Below are positions 52,692 to 64,000 of a stretch of DNA of 64,000 nt, piece by piece (within the stretch, counting starts at the first letter, position 1; the number at the start of each line of letters is the position of its first letter). The position numbers and the translations under genes are program-made. Source of the stretch: Vicugna vicugna (lineage: Eukaryota); the NCBI GenBank assembly GCA_013265495.1, contig MU058337.1:6864716-6928715 (forward strand), given 5' to 3'. The notes beneath the pieces are model-generated. The model saw only the letters and a list, made by a program, of their open reading frames with translations. It was not told where the DNA came from and made no database searches.

Positions 52692-53097
52692 TGTATTTGT
52701 TTCCTGGGGCTGCCTTAACAAATTATCACAAACATGGTGGCTTTAAACAACAGAGGTTTATTCTCTTAGTTCTGAAGTCCTGAAGTCTGGAATCTGGCAG
52801 GGCCACCCTCCTTCTGAAGCCTAGGGAGCATCCTTCCTCACCTCCTCCAGCTCCCGTGGTTCCTCGTGTTCCCTGGCTTGTGGCTGCGTCACTCCAGTCT
52901 CTGTCTTCACATGGCCTTCTCTTCTGGATCTATGTCTTCTCCTCTTCCGTCTCTCATAAGGACACTTGTCATTGGACTTAGGGTCTAGTTGGGTAATCCA
53001 GGATGATCTCATCTCAAGATCACTACTTTTCACAGATTTTGGGGGTTTAGGATAAGGACATATCTTTTGGGCCGGGGGACACCATTCAACCCACTAC
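52692..53097 (-). mobile_element. MLT1C-like solo LTR
   Basis: tgtatttgtttcctggggctgcc...ataaggacacttgtcattgga...caccattcaacccactac. Confidence 0.88.
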
Positions 53098-53407
53098 CTT
53101 TCATCTGTATCCCGAGGACTAGAAAGTATACCAGGGGCATCCCATGGCCTGCACCAGGTGTCCAGCTCTGGGGAATGATGCTTTAATACATCAAGGTATT
53201 TCATTCTTAGCTTACTGTAGAACATTTCAAATGTACAGTGGAGTATAAAGGAACCAGGGGGGAAAGTGTGTCTGCTTACCAGTATGTAATTCTCTCTAGC
53301 AGAGTAGGAGAAAGTGGCTTATTTTCTCCTGCTGTCCTAGTTAAACGTCTTCATGCCTCCATGTACTCTTTTTAAAGATACTCAGATGACAGATGCTCTG
53401 TCCTCCC

Positions 53408-53797
53408 TGTTACGGGCTGAGGTGTGTTCCTCTGCCTCCACCACCCCATTCGTATTTTGAAGTCCTAACTCCTGGTACCTCAAAATGGGACTGTATTTGG
53501 AGATAGGGTCTTTAAAGAAGTAATTAAGTTAAAACATGGTAGGAGTGGGCCCTAATCTATTATGACTGGTGTCTTTATAAGAAGAGATCAGGACAGAGAC
53601 ACGCAGAAGGAAAACTGCGCGAAGACACAGGAGGAAGACAGCCATCTACATGCTGAGGAGAGGGACCTCAGAAGAAACCAACTCTTCTGACACTTTGATC
53701 TTGGACTTTAGCTTCCAGAGCTGTGAGACAGTACCTTTCTGTTGTGTGAGCCATCCAGTCTGCGAGACTTTGTTTTGCAGCCTGAGCTGACTGATAA
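53408..53797 (+). mobile_element. MLT1B-like solo LTR
   Basis: tgttacgggctga...gactgtatttggagatagggtcttt...ttccagagctgtgaga. Confidence 0.88.
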
Positions 53798-54479
53798 ACC
53801 CTACACCCAGCAGCCCCACAGTGTGGTCTGATGGCTCTTAGACACTTCGGGACCAAGGATTCTGCAGGGCTCCCCTTCGGGGTCAGTAGAATGCCTTGGA
53901 ACAGGAAAGCCAACTCTGGATGTTTGTGTGAGTCATCAAACCAATTTCCACTCTAGTTTGCTTCAGAGGACTAAAGCCATCTTTTGTTACACTGCTGACT
54001 TACACAGTGACACTCTGAGGGGTCCTGGGTGGAGCAATGAGGCAGGAAGGGGTTGGTCAGTATATTCTGTTACGAGGGTGGCTGTCCTCCGTCCCTCCGC
54101 CTAGGCTCCCCACCCCCGTGTGCTCATCGGCTCCTGTAGGCTGTGAGCAGGTCTCTCCTCTGTGTGTCCTCCCTGGAGTCTGGAGCAGAGTAGGAGCTCT
54201 CTGTAAATGTTTGGTGAATGAATATGTGAATTCTGTGGATCCATGATTTATGCAGCCACCAGATCTGGTACAATACTTGGATTGAATTTTGAAGTGGAAC
54301 ACTTTATTTAAACAATCACTATGTACACATTTTCCTGAAATTTATATATTTCTGACTATGATATCTTTGGTTTCTCAGTCAGTGTCAGTTGTTTTTTTTT
54401 TTCCAATTTCTGTTCAGGTCTCAGCAGTACTTGTAGATGTCCCTCCTGCTGATTGTGATAGGAACAGAATTGTGTACTG

Positions 54480-54640
54480 ATAGTATTTATGGAGTAGTTA
54501 CTATGCTAGAGATAGGTACCATTATTGTCACCCTGTAACAGATGGGAAAACTGAGCCCTGGAGAGATTAAGTAACTTGTTCAGGGTTACATACTGGTAAG
54601 AAATGGAGCTGGAACTCCTCAAACTAGGGCTGTCTGACCC
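54480..54640 (-). mobile_element. MIR SINE
   Basis: acagatgggaaaactgagccctggagagattaagtaacttgttcagggttaca. Confidence 0.8.
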
Positions 54641-56074
54641 TTGAGCCCCTCTGGATTTTGAGGACCCTCTCAGTACTCTCAGAAAAGTACAACTCCCATA
54701 AGATAGTCCAGACAGGAATTTATAATCAAAGTATAATGGTACTCAGCCTCTTTCAAGCTGTTTGCTGTGCCGGTGATTAAGCAGGAGGAGGGAACACTTG
54801 GAGTCTGTTACCAAGAATGGGCTGGTCTTTACCTCTTGTGTAGAAAACCTCTCTACTAGACAGAGACCCTTAGGGGTTGAATTACTTCTTCCCCACTACA
54901 TTTCCTCCAGCAAGCATAGTGCTATTGAAAGACTGATAAGCTGATGGCATAATTTTGTAGAGAGTAGCCATTATGCTTTAGTATTATTATCAATACTCAA
55001 TTAAAGTGTTACATGTATGATTTTCTACCAGATTTCTTTGTAATAGTTTCCCACAGTTTCATTTGAGAGTGGATTTTAAAAAATTTTATTTTAGTAGTTA
55101 AAAAAAAATTCCCGTGTTAAGAAATGAAAACCATTTTTTCCTTCCTATGAGTCATGGTTGACAATAATGTCGTTTAACAGTTAGATTGTAGAGTCATTTT
55201 AACACCCATAAATTACAGGGTTTATTTTGTGAGCTAAGTGTTAAGACTTAATATCCTGTCCAGTATATTGGAGAATTTACTAATGTAATTATTATGTGTA
55301 CCAAACAATGGATTCTCTAACTTCAAAAACTAAAGTATCTTATTTACTGAGTCTATTGCCTAAATAGATGTTGTTTTTTAAATAATGCATTAAAAATTAA
55401 TTTATAAAAGATGTTTCCTGAAAGGTTTTGGTAATTCATACTGGATATATCAAATACAATAGCACAAGTTTTTATTTAGAAATTCTCTGGGAAAGTAAGT
55501 AGATATAAGTTAAGTGAATTAAAAGTTAAACTGTTCAAGTTTACAGTTGTTCAGAGGATGATGTGAAATAATATTTGTCATGCACCAAGTGTGCATAGCT
55601 TCCAAGATAGCCAATAGATACTAACTACATTTGTGAGTTTTTCATTGTGTTTTGAGAAATTCTCATAGTGGAATAGGAGAACTTTCATTCATCCACTAAT
55701 GCTTGATAATTTCTAGGCACTAGTTATCCTTTCTTTTCTTAATTCCCCTTTGAAGAATATATACATGCACAGACTGAGTGGAAAGGTACTTTCCCGTGGG
55801 AAGAGTCAAAAATGCTACACAGGAAAACGGAACTCCTTATTTTTCAAAGGACGGAGAGTGTGAAATGCATGTTCTTCTTCCCTTTTTTCAGAAATCATTT
55901 TTGTTTTGAGTTAAAAGTGGCATAATGTCAGCTTTTCAACTTAATAATTAGTAATACTGGGGTATTTTGATAATCTTAGAGCACAGTCTTAATTAGATTA
56001 GTTCAGGCTAAAATAAGTGAGTGTACATTTGAGAGTCTTTGTGTGAAAATGCTACCATAAAGCTTTTTCCCCTT

Positions 56075-56970
56075 AAGTAGTTTTATTGAGGATAATTGAC
56101 ATACATTAAACTGCACATACTTAAATTGTAGAATCTGATCAGTTTTGACCTATGTGTACATCTATAAAGCCATCACCACAATCAGGATAAAGAACATATC
56201 TGTCATCCCCAATCTACATCCTGTCCTTTTGTAATCCATCCTTCTTGTTCCTTCCTCATCCCTAGAGAATCACGGATCTGCTTTCTGTTACTATAATTTT
56301 TTTTTAAATAAAAATGCCATTATTATAGACTTTTGGTTTAGCTTCTTTAATTCAGCATAATTATTTTGAGATTCATTCATATAATTCATTCCTTTTTATT
56401 GATGAGTACATTTGATTATATAGGATACTATAATTTATCATTCAATCACTTGGACATTTGGATTGTTTTCAGTTTTTGTTTATCACAGATAAAGTTGGCA
56501 TGAATATTTGTGTATGAGTTTTTGTATGGATGCCTGTTTCAATTTCTCTTGGGTAAATATCTAGCTGTGGAATGGTGGGGTCATATGGTTGGTGAATGTT
56601 TGCCTTTTCAGAAACTGCCAGACTGTTTTCCAAGGTGGTTGTAACATTTTCCATTCCCATAAACAGCTCATCAGAGTGTCTTAGAGCTCCTTTGCTCCAT
56701 ATCTTTATCGTCACTTGGTGTGGCCAGTCTTTAATTTCAGCTGTTTTAGTAAGTATATAGAGGTAGGTCATTGGGTTTTAAAATAAATTTTGCTGATTAC
56801 TAATGATCTTGCACATCTTTTCATATACTACTGTCTAGATATCTTTTTTGGTGACGATTTTATTTAAACCTTTGGTTTATTTTTTATTGTTTATTTTCTT
56901 ATTATTGAGTTTGGAAAGTTCTTTTTATATGGATACAAATCCTTTGTCAGATGTGTGATTTGAAAACATT
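56075..56970 (-). mobile_element. L1 (L1MB/ME-like) 3' end
   Basis: ttttattgaggataattgacatac...; ORF 56469-56771(-) TTLENSLAVSEK...PYDPTIPQLDIYPRE is the L1 ORF2 C-terminus. Confidence 0.88.
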
Positions 56971-57276
56971 AAATCACTGAGTTAAAATTTGTTTCTTCTG
57001 AATTTGTGGTAATGTACATATAATATAAATTTTACTGTTTAAACATTGCTTAAGTGATTAGTTCAATGGCATTAAGTACATTCACATTATTTTCTTTTTT
57101 AGTACCATAGTCCAGAGTCTTTCAGCCCATCAGTGTGAGCTCTTTAGAGGGCAAGAACTGAATCGTATTCTCAGTTATATTTCTTGAGTCTGTACTGTGC
57201 TTGGCATGTGGTAGTGGGTCCCCAGTGAATTGCTGAATGGACAAAATGTTTGTTTTCAGGTTTGTACTTATTTCAG

Positions 57277-57760
57277 TGTTCGTTAGGATTTAACTTTAAC
57301 AAAGATCAAAAAACAGTGACTTGTAAGGGATGGAAATTAGGTTCTTTCTTACAATAATAGTCCGAGTGCAGACAGCCCAGGCTTAACTGATGACTCTCCA
57401 TTTTGGAGCCCAGGTTCTTGCTAGTTTGTTCTGCCATATTCCACGTGATCTTTCTTCTTATAGTTGTAGGATGTCCTCCAGCTTCTGCCCACTTGTCTGT
57501 ATTCTGGTTAGCAGGAAGGGGAGGTGGTATGAGGATGGTGCACTCCTTCTTGTTTAAGTGCATGACTTCAAAGTTGCACACATCACTTCTGCCCACATCC
57601 CATTAGCCAGAACCTAGTCATATAGCCACACCTCACTGCAAGAGAGACTGAGAAGTACCGTCTTTGGCTGGGTGGCCATAAACCAACTAATGCTTCTATT
57701 ACTGTGCTGAAAGGAGCGGATAGATAATGGGGTGAGCGAGGCAATTAGCAGTCTCTGACA
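57277..57760. mobile_element. MLT1J-like LTR
   Basis: cacttctgcccacatcccattagccagaacctagtcatatagccacacc..ctgcaag. Confidence 0.75.
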
Positions 57761-58985
57761 GCATTCATTCATATTTTGTATTACGTTACTGGTACTAGTT
57801 TAATTGGAGTTGAGGATGTTTACTGCTGTTGTGAAATATGCTCACTCAAAACTGATAGGTTGAGAATTACGACACAACAAAAGGTTCATAATTGACATTA
57901 CTGAATCTGATCTTTCTTCAGCACTTAAAACACAAGCCTTGAGTGAACATGTATGTGAAAGTTGGCATTCAAATTGTAAAGCAGATGCAGAAGATAGAAA
58001 CCCATCTTGTATTCTATTTTATTCTCTAGGAAATGGATTGACAAAGTTTTGGAGCAGGGTGGGAAGGTGACAGATTGGGGTCAAGGAAAGATAATCTGGT
58101 GGCTTCTCACTGATTTTTGGGCAAAATTCAAACACATTAATGTGGTTTACAAGGACCCACCTTCTTGTTTCACCAGTGTTCTGGTCACGCTGAATAAGGG
58201 ACAGTCCCTTGTTATTATATATCTCCATATCTATTTGCTGTTTGTATGTATTATCTTTTGAAAGTAGAAATTTGTGGGTGAAGAAAAGAAAGGGCCCATA
58301 AATTGGAGGAATGAGCCTACTTAAATTCACTTGTCTGTCTGTCTCTGTCTCTGTGGTTCATCGAGTGCTTTGGTCCTCTGAATGTATGTGAGGTGCTCCT
58401 TGCTGGTCATCCTTCTTTATCTTCACAGCATCCCCTTAGCGGTATATCGCTGTCCATGTTTTATACAGGTGGAACGAGGCAGAAGGTAAATGACTTAAGG
58501 TTGCAACATTCAGAAACTTGGCAGGATCGGGAATGTTGGCTGAGCTGGGGTTTTCCCACCACATCTTGTTCTTTTCTTTGAGAGGAAGGTCTGCTCTTCG
58601 GTTTAAGATGACGATTAGTAACCACAGTAATGTCAAGAGGCTATGGAATCTCTGTGACCTTCAAAGTCAGATATGAGTTACACCTGTTGGGTGTGTGCCA
58701 CATGAGAGCTTTTACTTTGATTACCTGTGAGGTGACCTGCCTCACTGGCTACTTTACTTACGTTGGGGAAAACTGGGAAGAGGGGAAGAAGCATATTTGG
58801 AGTACAGTTTTAACTAGTTGGAAAGAATTCATCCTTGACTGTTGAAAGCTTATGATCTTTATGATCTCTTTTTTAGCAGTGCTATTTTAGGTAGAGATTT
58901 GGGATAGCAAATGAATGCTTCAGGGCTGTGTGAACTAAACAGTACTAAAAATGTGTATTTCCTTCATCTTGAGGATCTGCCATTA

Positions 58986-59002
58986 ATCCACTAGATGGAG
59001 CA
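58986..59002 (+). promoter_or_regulatory. Candidate CTCF site
   Basis: tCCACTAGATGGAGCa is one mismatch from the core CCACTAGATGGCGC and lies in apparently unique sequence. Confidence 0.5.
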
Positions 59003-62000
59003 CATGGTTTGAATATATTTCACGATTAGAAGTTGGAAGAAAGATATGGTCTTCACATTGGAGCCATAATGCAGACCCCTGAAGTTGGCCAGGCATTTTG
59101 ATCTATGGGATTTTTTTTTTTCTGCTGTAAATGTGAAGTTTTACTTATTTAGTACTTCTGTCTGCAAGGAATGTATGAGACCCTCTGGGGGCCTGACAGA
59201 GAGGCATCATGGTAAAGTAGAAGTTCTAATCTGGCAGTCTGGGGATGAGGGACTGGATGTTCCAGTTCAGGCACTCAGTGCTCTGTGGCTTGGATCATGT
59301 CTTCTTTAAACATCTCGAGCTTCAGCATCCTCACTGATGACATTGTTGTACTAGGTGTTGTGTAAGATGCATTTTATGCATAAGGTCCTTCCTCGCAATT
59401 CCTTCTGATTTCCCACTTGACCAGAGGTGCACTAGCTCCCATTTTGCCTGCTGAAGTTGCACTCATAGCCAAAGTTTATCAACTGGAAAACCCATCAAAT
59501 TGCAGGACTGAAAGGGAACCTTTAATGCCATTGCAATGCCTCCCTCTCTCACTGGCATTCCTGCTCCTGCTTGTTAGAGAATTTTTGCATATTGGTCCTG
59601 GATGTCCCTTCTAGAGCAGCTTGGATCTTGTAATCTCATCTGTCTTCCTTATTCAGATTTTAGGGCCAAGATGGAAAATTTGTTTTTTTCTTCTTTACTG
59701 CTGAGCCTGGCTGAAGTAAGTGATCTAGAAGAAATAAAAATTATCATCAATGTTTCTCAGTCTTTAGTTCTCACCTGAGGAATAGGAAGGTGGTCATATA
59801 TATTTAAATCTGTTATCCAAGCTCAGGTATTCTAAAACATCATGCATCCTAAAATGTTTATCTTTTTTAGCAAGGAACTATTTAACAGCTATTGACATAT
59901 TTGTTCCTAAAAGCCAATGACATCTTAGACTACACTTGAATCTGCTAATAATGTGTAATAAAGTAAAATGAAAACTTTCATTTTTAGGCAGCTTTCAACT
60001 TTCTGTGGGAATGTGTAATTTCACCACTCATAACTCCTGTTAATTTTAAATTAAGTAAATATCTGCTGAATAAAGACTTTCACATAGGTTGATGTTCTTG
60101 TTGGTTGCAAAGTACAAAGTTTATGATATACTGAAGCAGACTCTTCAGAATTCCTTTAAAAGTATATGGGTTTGGTATCCTCAGTGGAAAAGCAATAAAA
60201 CACCAATTTCTAGTATATAAATTAGTAAATTTCTAGTACCTCACCTTTCAGTTGATGAAAAAGACCTGGCCTCAGTCTTTTCTTTACCAAAGAGAAGGAT
60301 TTTAGGAGTTCATACATTTGAATGGATTTTGGAATCAGTTTAACATTAGTATATAATCTCCATTGTATCTTTTTTGGCACTGAGATAATGGATTAAATAT
60401 ATATGGCCATATTCCAGTCCATTGGTTGAGAATTAAAAACAGAAACTTCCTTGGACTGAGGCCGCTTAGTGTAAGGATGTCCTTTGATTTCCTGATGACC
60501 TCCAGCTAGTGACCTACATTGGTGACTCTGATGGGTTGAAAGAAGGAAATGCATCATTAGTTTTTCCCAGGAAATACTGAATCATCAAGATATTTCTTTG
60601 GTCACATAACAGATGTAATCAAGCTATTGGTCATTATGAAATTAAGAAGCATGTCTTCCCAGAAGTGGTCTTGATTCTTTATTTGTGGAAGTTGAAGGAC
60701 TCTAATCTCTCCCTCCCATCAGAGGTGTGTCCTGAGCAGGGGACTGTGACTTCAGCCCTTGAATTCCCTGTGGTTCTCATCAGAAACAGTAGGAAGAATT
60801 CCTTTCCTTCCATGGCTATGAGGGATTTATGTTCTGAGTGGAACATGAAGCAGACCTTTTGAACGGAGACTACATTGACTTTGCAAGAACCAACTTTGCT
60901 GTTTTAGAAGTTTTGGTGGAGGCCTGGGATAATAAAAAAAACACCCCTGGCTGCTTACTCAGCATCTTCTTTGATCCTCTCGGCTCTAGAGTGTGAACCT
61001 CTCCTTTCTGGTGATGAAAAGGATCCAGACCCAGCCTTACATTTCCCAAATAGAGGACCAGATCTATTTTAAGAAACTCACATAAGTACTGAAAGTTCGT
61101 GTTTTCTTTCAGAATCTCATTTGTATAGATACTTTATACTTTTAAATTCCTCTGTGTAGTCATCATTATTGTTAACGAGATTTGTGACAAGCTAGAAAGA
61201 GCAGGGACTTAGGAGCCAGGGAGCCCAGTTCATATTCCACATACCAGCTGTGTGACTTAAGTCAAATAAGTTGCTTCTCTGAGCTTTGGTCTTGTTATCT
61301 GTAATGGGAGAGTAATACAGGCAACCCACGTCTCGTGGCCTAATTGGTTCCTAGGTAACATTAAATAACATTAAATTGACCATATATTTCTCTTAAGCAC
61401 AGTATGACAAATTGGGAATTCTATTGCAGAAAATAATTTTATGGTGTAAAAGCACCAAGGATTATTTTTTAAAGTTGTAATAATAAATACTTGCTTTTAA
61501 AAACATTAATTATGTAAAATAAGATATTTATTATAAAATCTGTGTTGTTATATTCCTTTTTGAGATATTTTGCATGGACTTTTGAGGAAGAGTCTTCTTA
61601 AAATGTGAATACTCTGAACTTTGGGCTAAAGAATAGTTTTTTTCTGTATAGTAAGCATAGCCATTATCCAGGAATCAACAAAAGAGTTTAAAATCTGAGC
61701 CATTCATTTCGAGAAAAGGTATTTGCCTGTCTGAATGATTAGTCTAGTGGAGGGAATGTTTCTGCCTTTAGAGATCCCTTATTTTTACATTGTAATGATG
61801 TCTGAGTTCAAGTTCAGAATTATTTTCAAGGTCAAGAACAATTGATGTGTATAATGTATTTAATTGTACTGTATGCCTACGGTCAGTCAGTCTTTGCTGT
61901 TTTGTAATGAGGCATCATCAGTATGTCTTCCTTGGCAATATCAGTGTCACTGTTAAGAGGCATTCCTTAAAAAAAAAAAAAAAGCCTGTCCTTTCACAAG

Positions 62001-62354
62001 AATTTTCTCAGCTTTGAAACAGTATCTTCCTATTTAATGACATTTAATGACGTTGGCTAGATCTGAATGCTGGTACTATCTGGTTTGTTCAGTTTTGAAG
62101 CAGTCAAACCATCTTTCGCTTAGGCTGGGTATTTCTTTCATGCTGCACACAAGACCTATTCTTTTTGAAAGAAAGATTTCAAATGGTTTACTGAAATGGT
62201 TTTATTCTCAGGTATGCTGTGTTTATCACATGCAGTTATATACATGTCTAGACATAAACGTTTTATTTTACTTATCAGTGCATTGTGGTTTCTTATGCTT
62301 TATTTCATTTGCCTGTGTCACTATATTTTCTTCAAAAGTTTTTTCTAGTCTTCT

Positions 62355-63125
62355 GTTTCACAGTTTCATTGAGGTATAATTTACATCCCATAGAATTCAC
62401 TCTAAATTTTAAAGATACAATTCAACAAGTTTTAGTAAATTTGCAGACTTGTACAGTCATTGCCATGATGTAATTTTAGAAGACTTTGGACACCCCCAAA
62501 AGAAATCTCATGTCCATTTGCAGTCACTCTCAGTTCCCAGTCCCACCCAGCTCCAGGCAACCACTGGTCTACTTTCGACTCTATAGATTTGCCTTTTCTG
62601 AACATTTCGTATAAATGGAATCATTCAACATGGAGCCTTGCTTCTGGCTCCTTTTACTTAGCTTAGTGTTTTTGACGGTCATCCATGCTGTGTGTCAGTA
62701 CTTCATGCCTTCTTATTGCCAGATAGTATTCCATTCTGTTTTCTGGGTAAAACACACTCACCAGTTGATGGACATTTGGGTTGTTACCACTTTTTGGTTA
62801 TCATGAATAATGCTACTATGAACATTTGTATATAAGTTTGTGTGTGAACGTGTGGTTGATTTTTCTTGGGTAGATACCTAGCAGTGGAATTGCTGGGTTG
62901 GGTGATCACTCTAACATTTTAGGCAACATGAAAACTGTTCCTCAGAATGGCTCTACCAGCAACCTGTGAGGTTTTCCAGCTACTTCACATCCTTGCCAAC
63001 ACTTAGTGTGGCCAGTCTTTTTAAATTTTAGCCATCCTAATAGGTGTGTAGTGGATGTCAATTTAGTTTTAATTTGCATTTCCTTAATGGTGTTGGGTAC
63101 CTGTTTATGTGCTTACTGGCCATTC
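62355..63125 (-). mobile_element. L1 (L1MB/MC-like) 3' end
   Basis: cagtttcattgaggtataatttacatcc...ccagttgatggacatttgggttg...ttaatttgcatttcc. Confidence 0.88.
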
Positions 63126-63186
63126 TCATTCTTTGATGATCCTAGTTGTTTTTATTTATTTTTTTTAAACTGCATAAAACCTAGTG

Positions 63187-63313
63187 CACTCAGCCCTCTG
63201 TACCTGTGGCTGACTGTCCTATGAAGTTTTATACAAGGGACTTAAGTATCTTCAGATTTTAGTATCTGCAGAGGTCTTGGAACCAATCCCTTGCAGCTAC
63301 TGAGGGCCGACTA
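63187..63313. mobile_element. Tigger/MER2-like MITE with terminal inverted repeats
   Basis: Left end cactcagccctctgtacc matches the reverse complement of the right end (tagtcggccctcagtagc). MER2-like core gggacttaagtatc..gattttagtatc..ggaaccaatccc. Confidence 0.75.
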
Positions 63314-63319
63314 CATAGC

Positions 63320-64000
63320 ATAACAGTCAGGGTCCAGCCAGGAAATGAAAACCACACATTATTTCAAAAGAGAGAATGAAATATAAAGAGTTGTTGTTAG
63401 GTGTAAAATTGTTAAGTAGGGAACTGAAAAGGTCAAAAGAGAACATTTACATATCATAGAGGTATTGGCCCCAGGAAGCAGGGGACCTTGGGTTGAGATT
63501 GTGTTGTTAAATCTTAGAAGGAGGGGCTTAAATCTTAAAGGAGGAGCTCCCTAGAGCTGAAACCCAGACCTCTGAGGAGTGAGTGCTGGGCGGTTGGTGA
63601 TGGTGTCTCTGAGGGGGACCGTAATGAGGATGGTTCTGTGCATGCTGGAAAAATGGCAAACCTGATTCAGCTGATGAACAGGAAGGAACTGCTGCTGCCA
63701 GAGTGAAGCAGCGTTGCTGGGTGACACTAGGGACCAAAGCCAGCAGGAAGCTGGCACCAAGGAGCAAGCTCCTTCTCTTCCCCAACTTTGTAGTCTCCCT
63801 CTGGTACCCTCTGGTGGCAAGCCTAACATGGAACCAACTAGTAAAACTGGCTTTCAGAGGACCAGCACTGGCATCCCAGAGCTGAGTGTGGAAGATTAGG
63901 CTGGAGCAGGGAGACAGTAGCTGAATAACATGCACAGCCCACCCTTTTGACTGCTCTGCATGCAGACCCACCTTCTACACTTATTTGAACTACCATACAT
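63320..64000. mobile_element. Old ERVL-class LTR (LTR41/LTR33-like), probably reaching the window end
   Basis: Starts cagtcagggtccagccaggaaa..aaaccacac, a recalled ERVL-LTR terminus motif. Confidence 0.5.

Larger units (their letters stand above)
15130..64000 (+). other. DOCK9: DOCK9 intron 1 (partial; runs past the window end)
   Basis: Starts at the GTGAGT donor. I did not find the expected exon-2 peptide (AKPKLIEPLDYE..., recalled from the human protein) in the ORF track or by eye. The region is repeat-rich. Confidence 0.8.

Noticed and set aside
15130..64000. DOCK9 exon 2 and alternative first exons
   Set aside because: Recalled peptides (AKPKLIEPLDYE; MQADKCRTSS) were not seen in the ORF track or by eye. 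Short exons could be missed; tblastn or RNA-seq alignment would settle it.
1..64000. CRISPR array, operon-like or other novel multi-gene system; rRNA, snRNA or processed pseudogenes
   Set aside because: No regularly spaced repeat-spacer array, no gene cluster, and no recognisable RNA gene or retrocopy. The remaining short ORFs are repeat-derived or random.

Overview
Mammalian genomic DNA, almost certainly camelid: two tRNA-derived vic-1-type SINEs and artiodactyl-type L1 3' ends are present, and I saw no Alu, Bov-tA/Bov-A or PRE SINEs. The window holds the 5' end of DOCK9 (Zizimin-1, a Cdc42 GEF) on the + strand. A ~2 kb CpG-island promoter (~13.4-15.35 kb) is broken by a 100-N assembly gap and followed by coding exon 1 (15001-15129, [16 protein letters not shown]...VRGSVLL, GTGAGT donor). 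Then come ~49 kb of intron 1, in which I recognised no further exon. The rest is intergenic or intronic sequence dense in L1, L2, MIR, MLT/ERV LTRs and DNA-transposon fossils. I found no evidence for a novel biological system. The most interesting items are a young L1 with an open ORF2 fragment inserted into a 24-bp tandem duplication, an internally deleted TSD-flanked L1 nested in an L2, a possible twin-primed L1, a second promoter-like module upstream of DOCK9, and several candidate enhancer or CTCF elements. Repeat subfamily names come from recalled consensus sequences, not a search, and most repeat boundaries are approximate.
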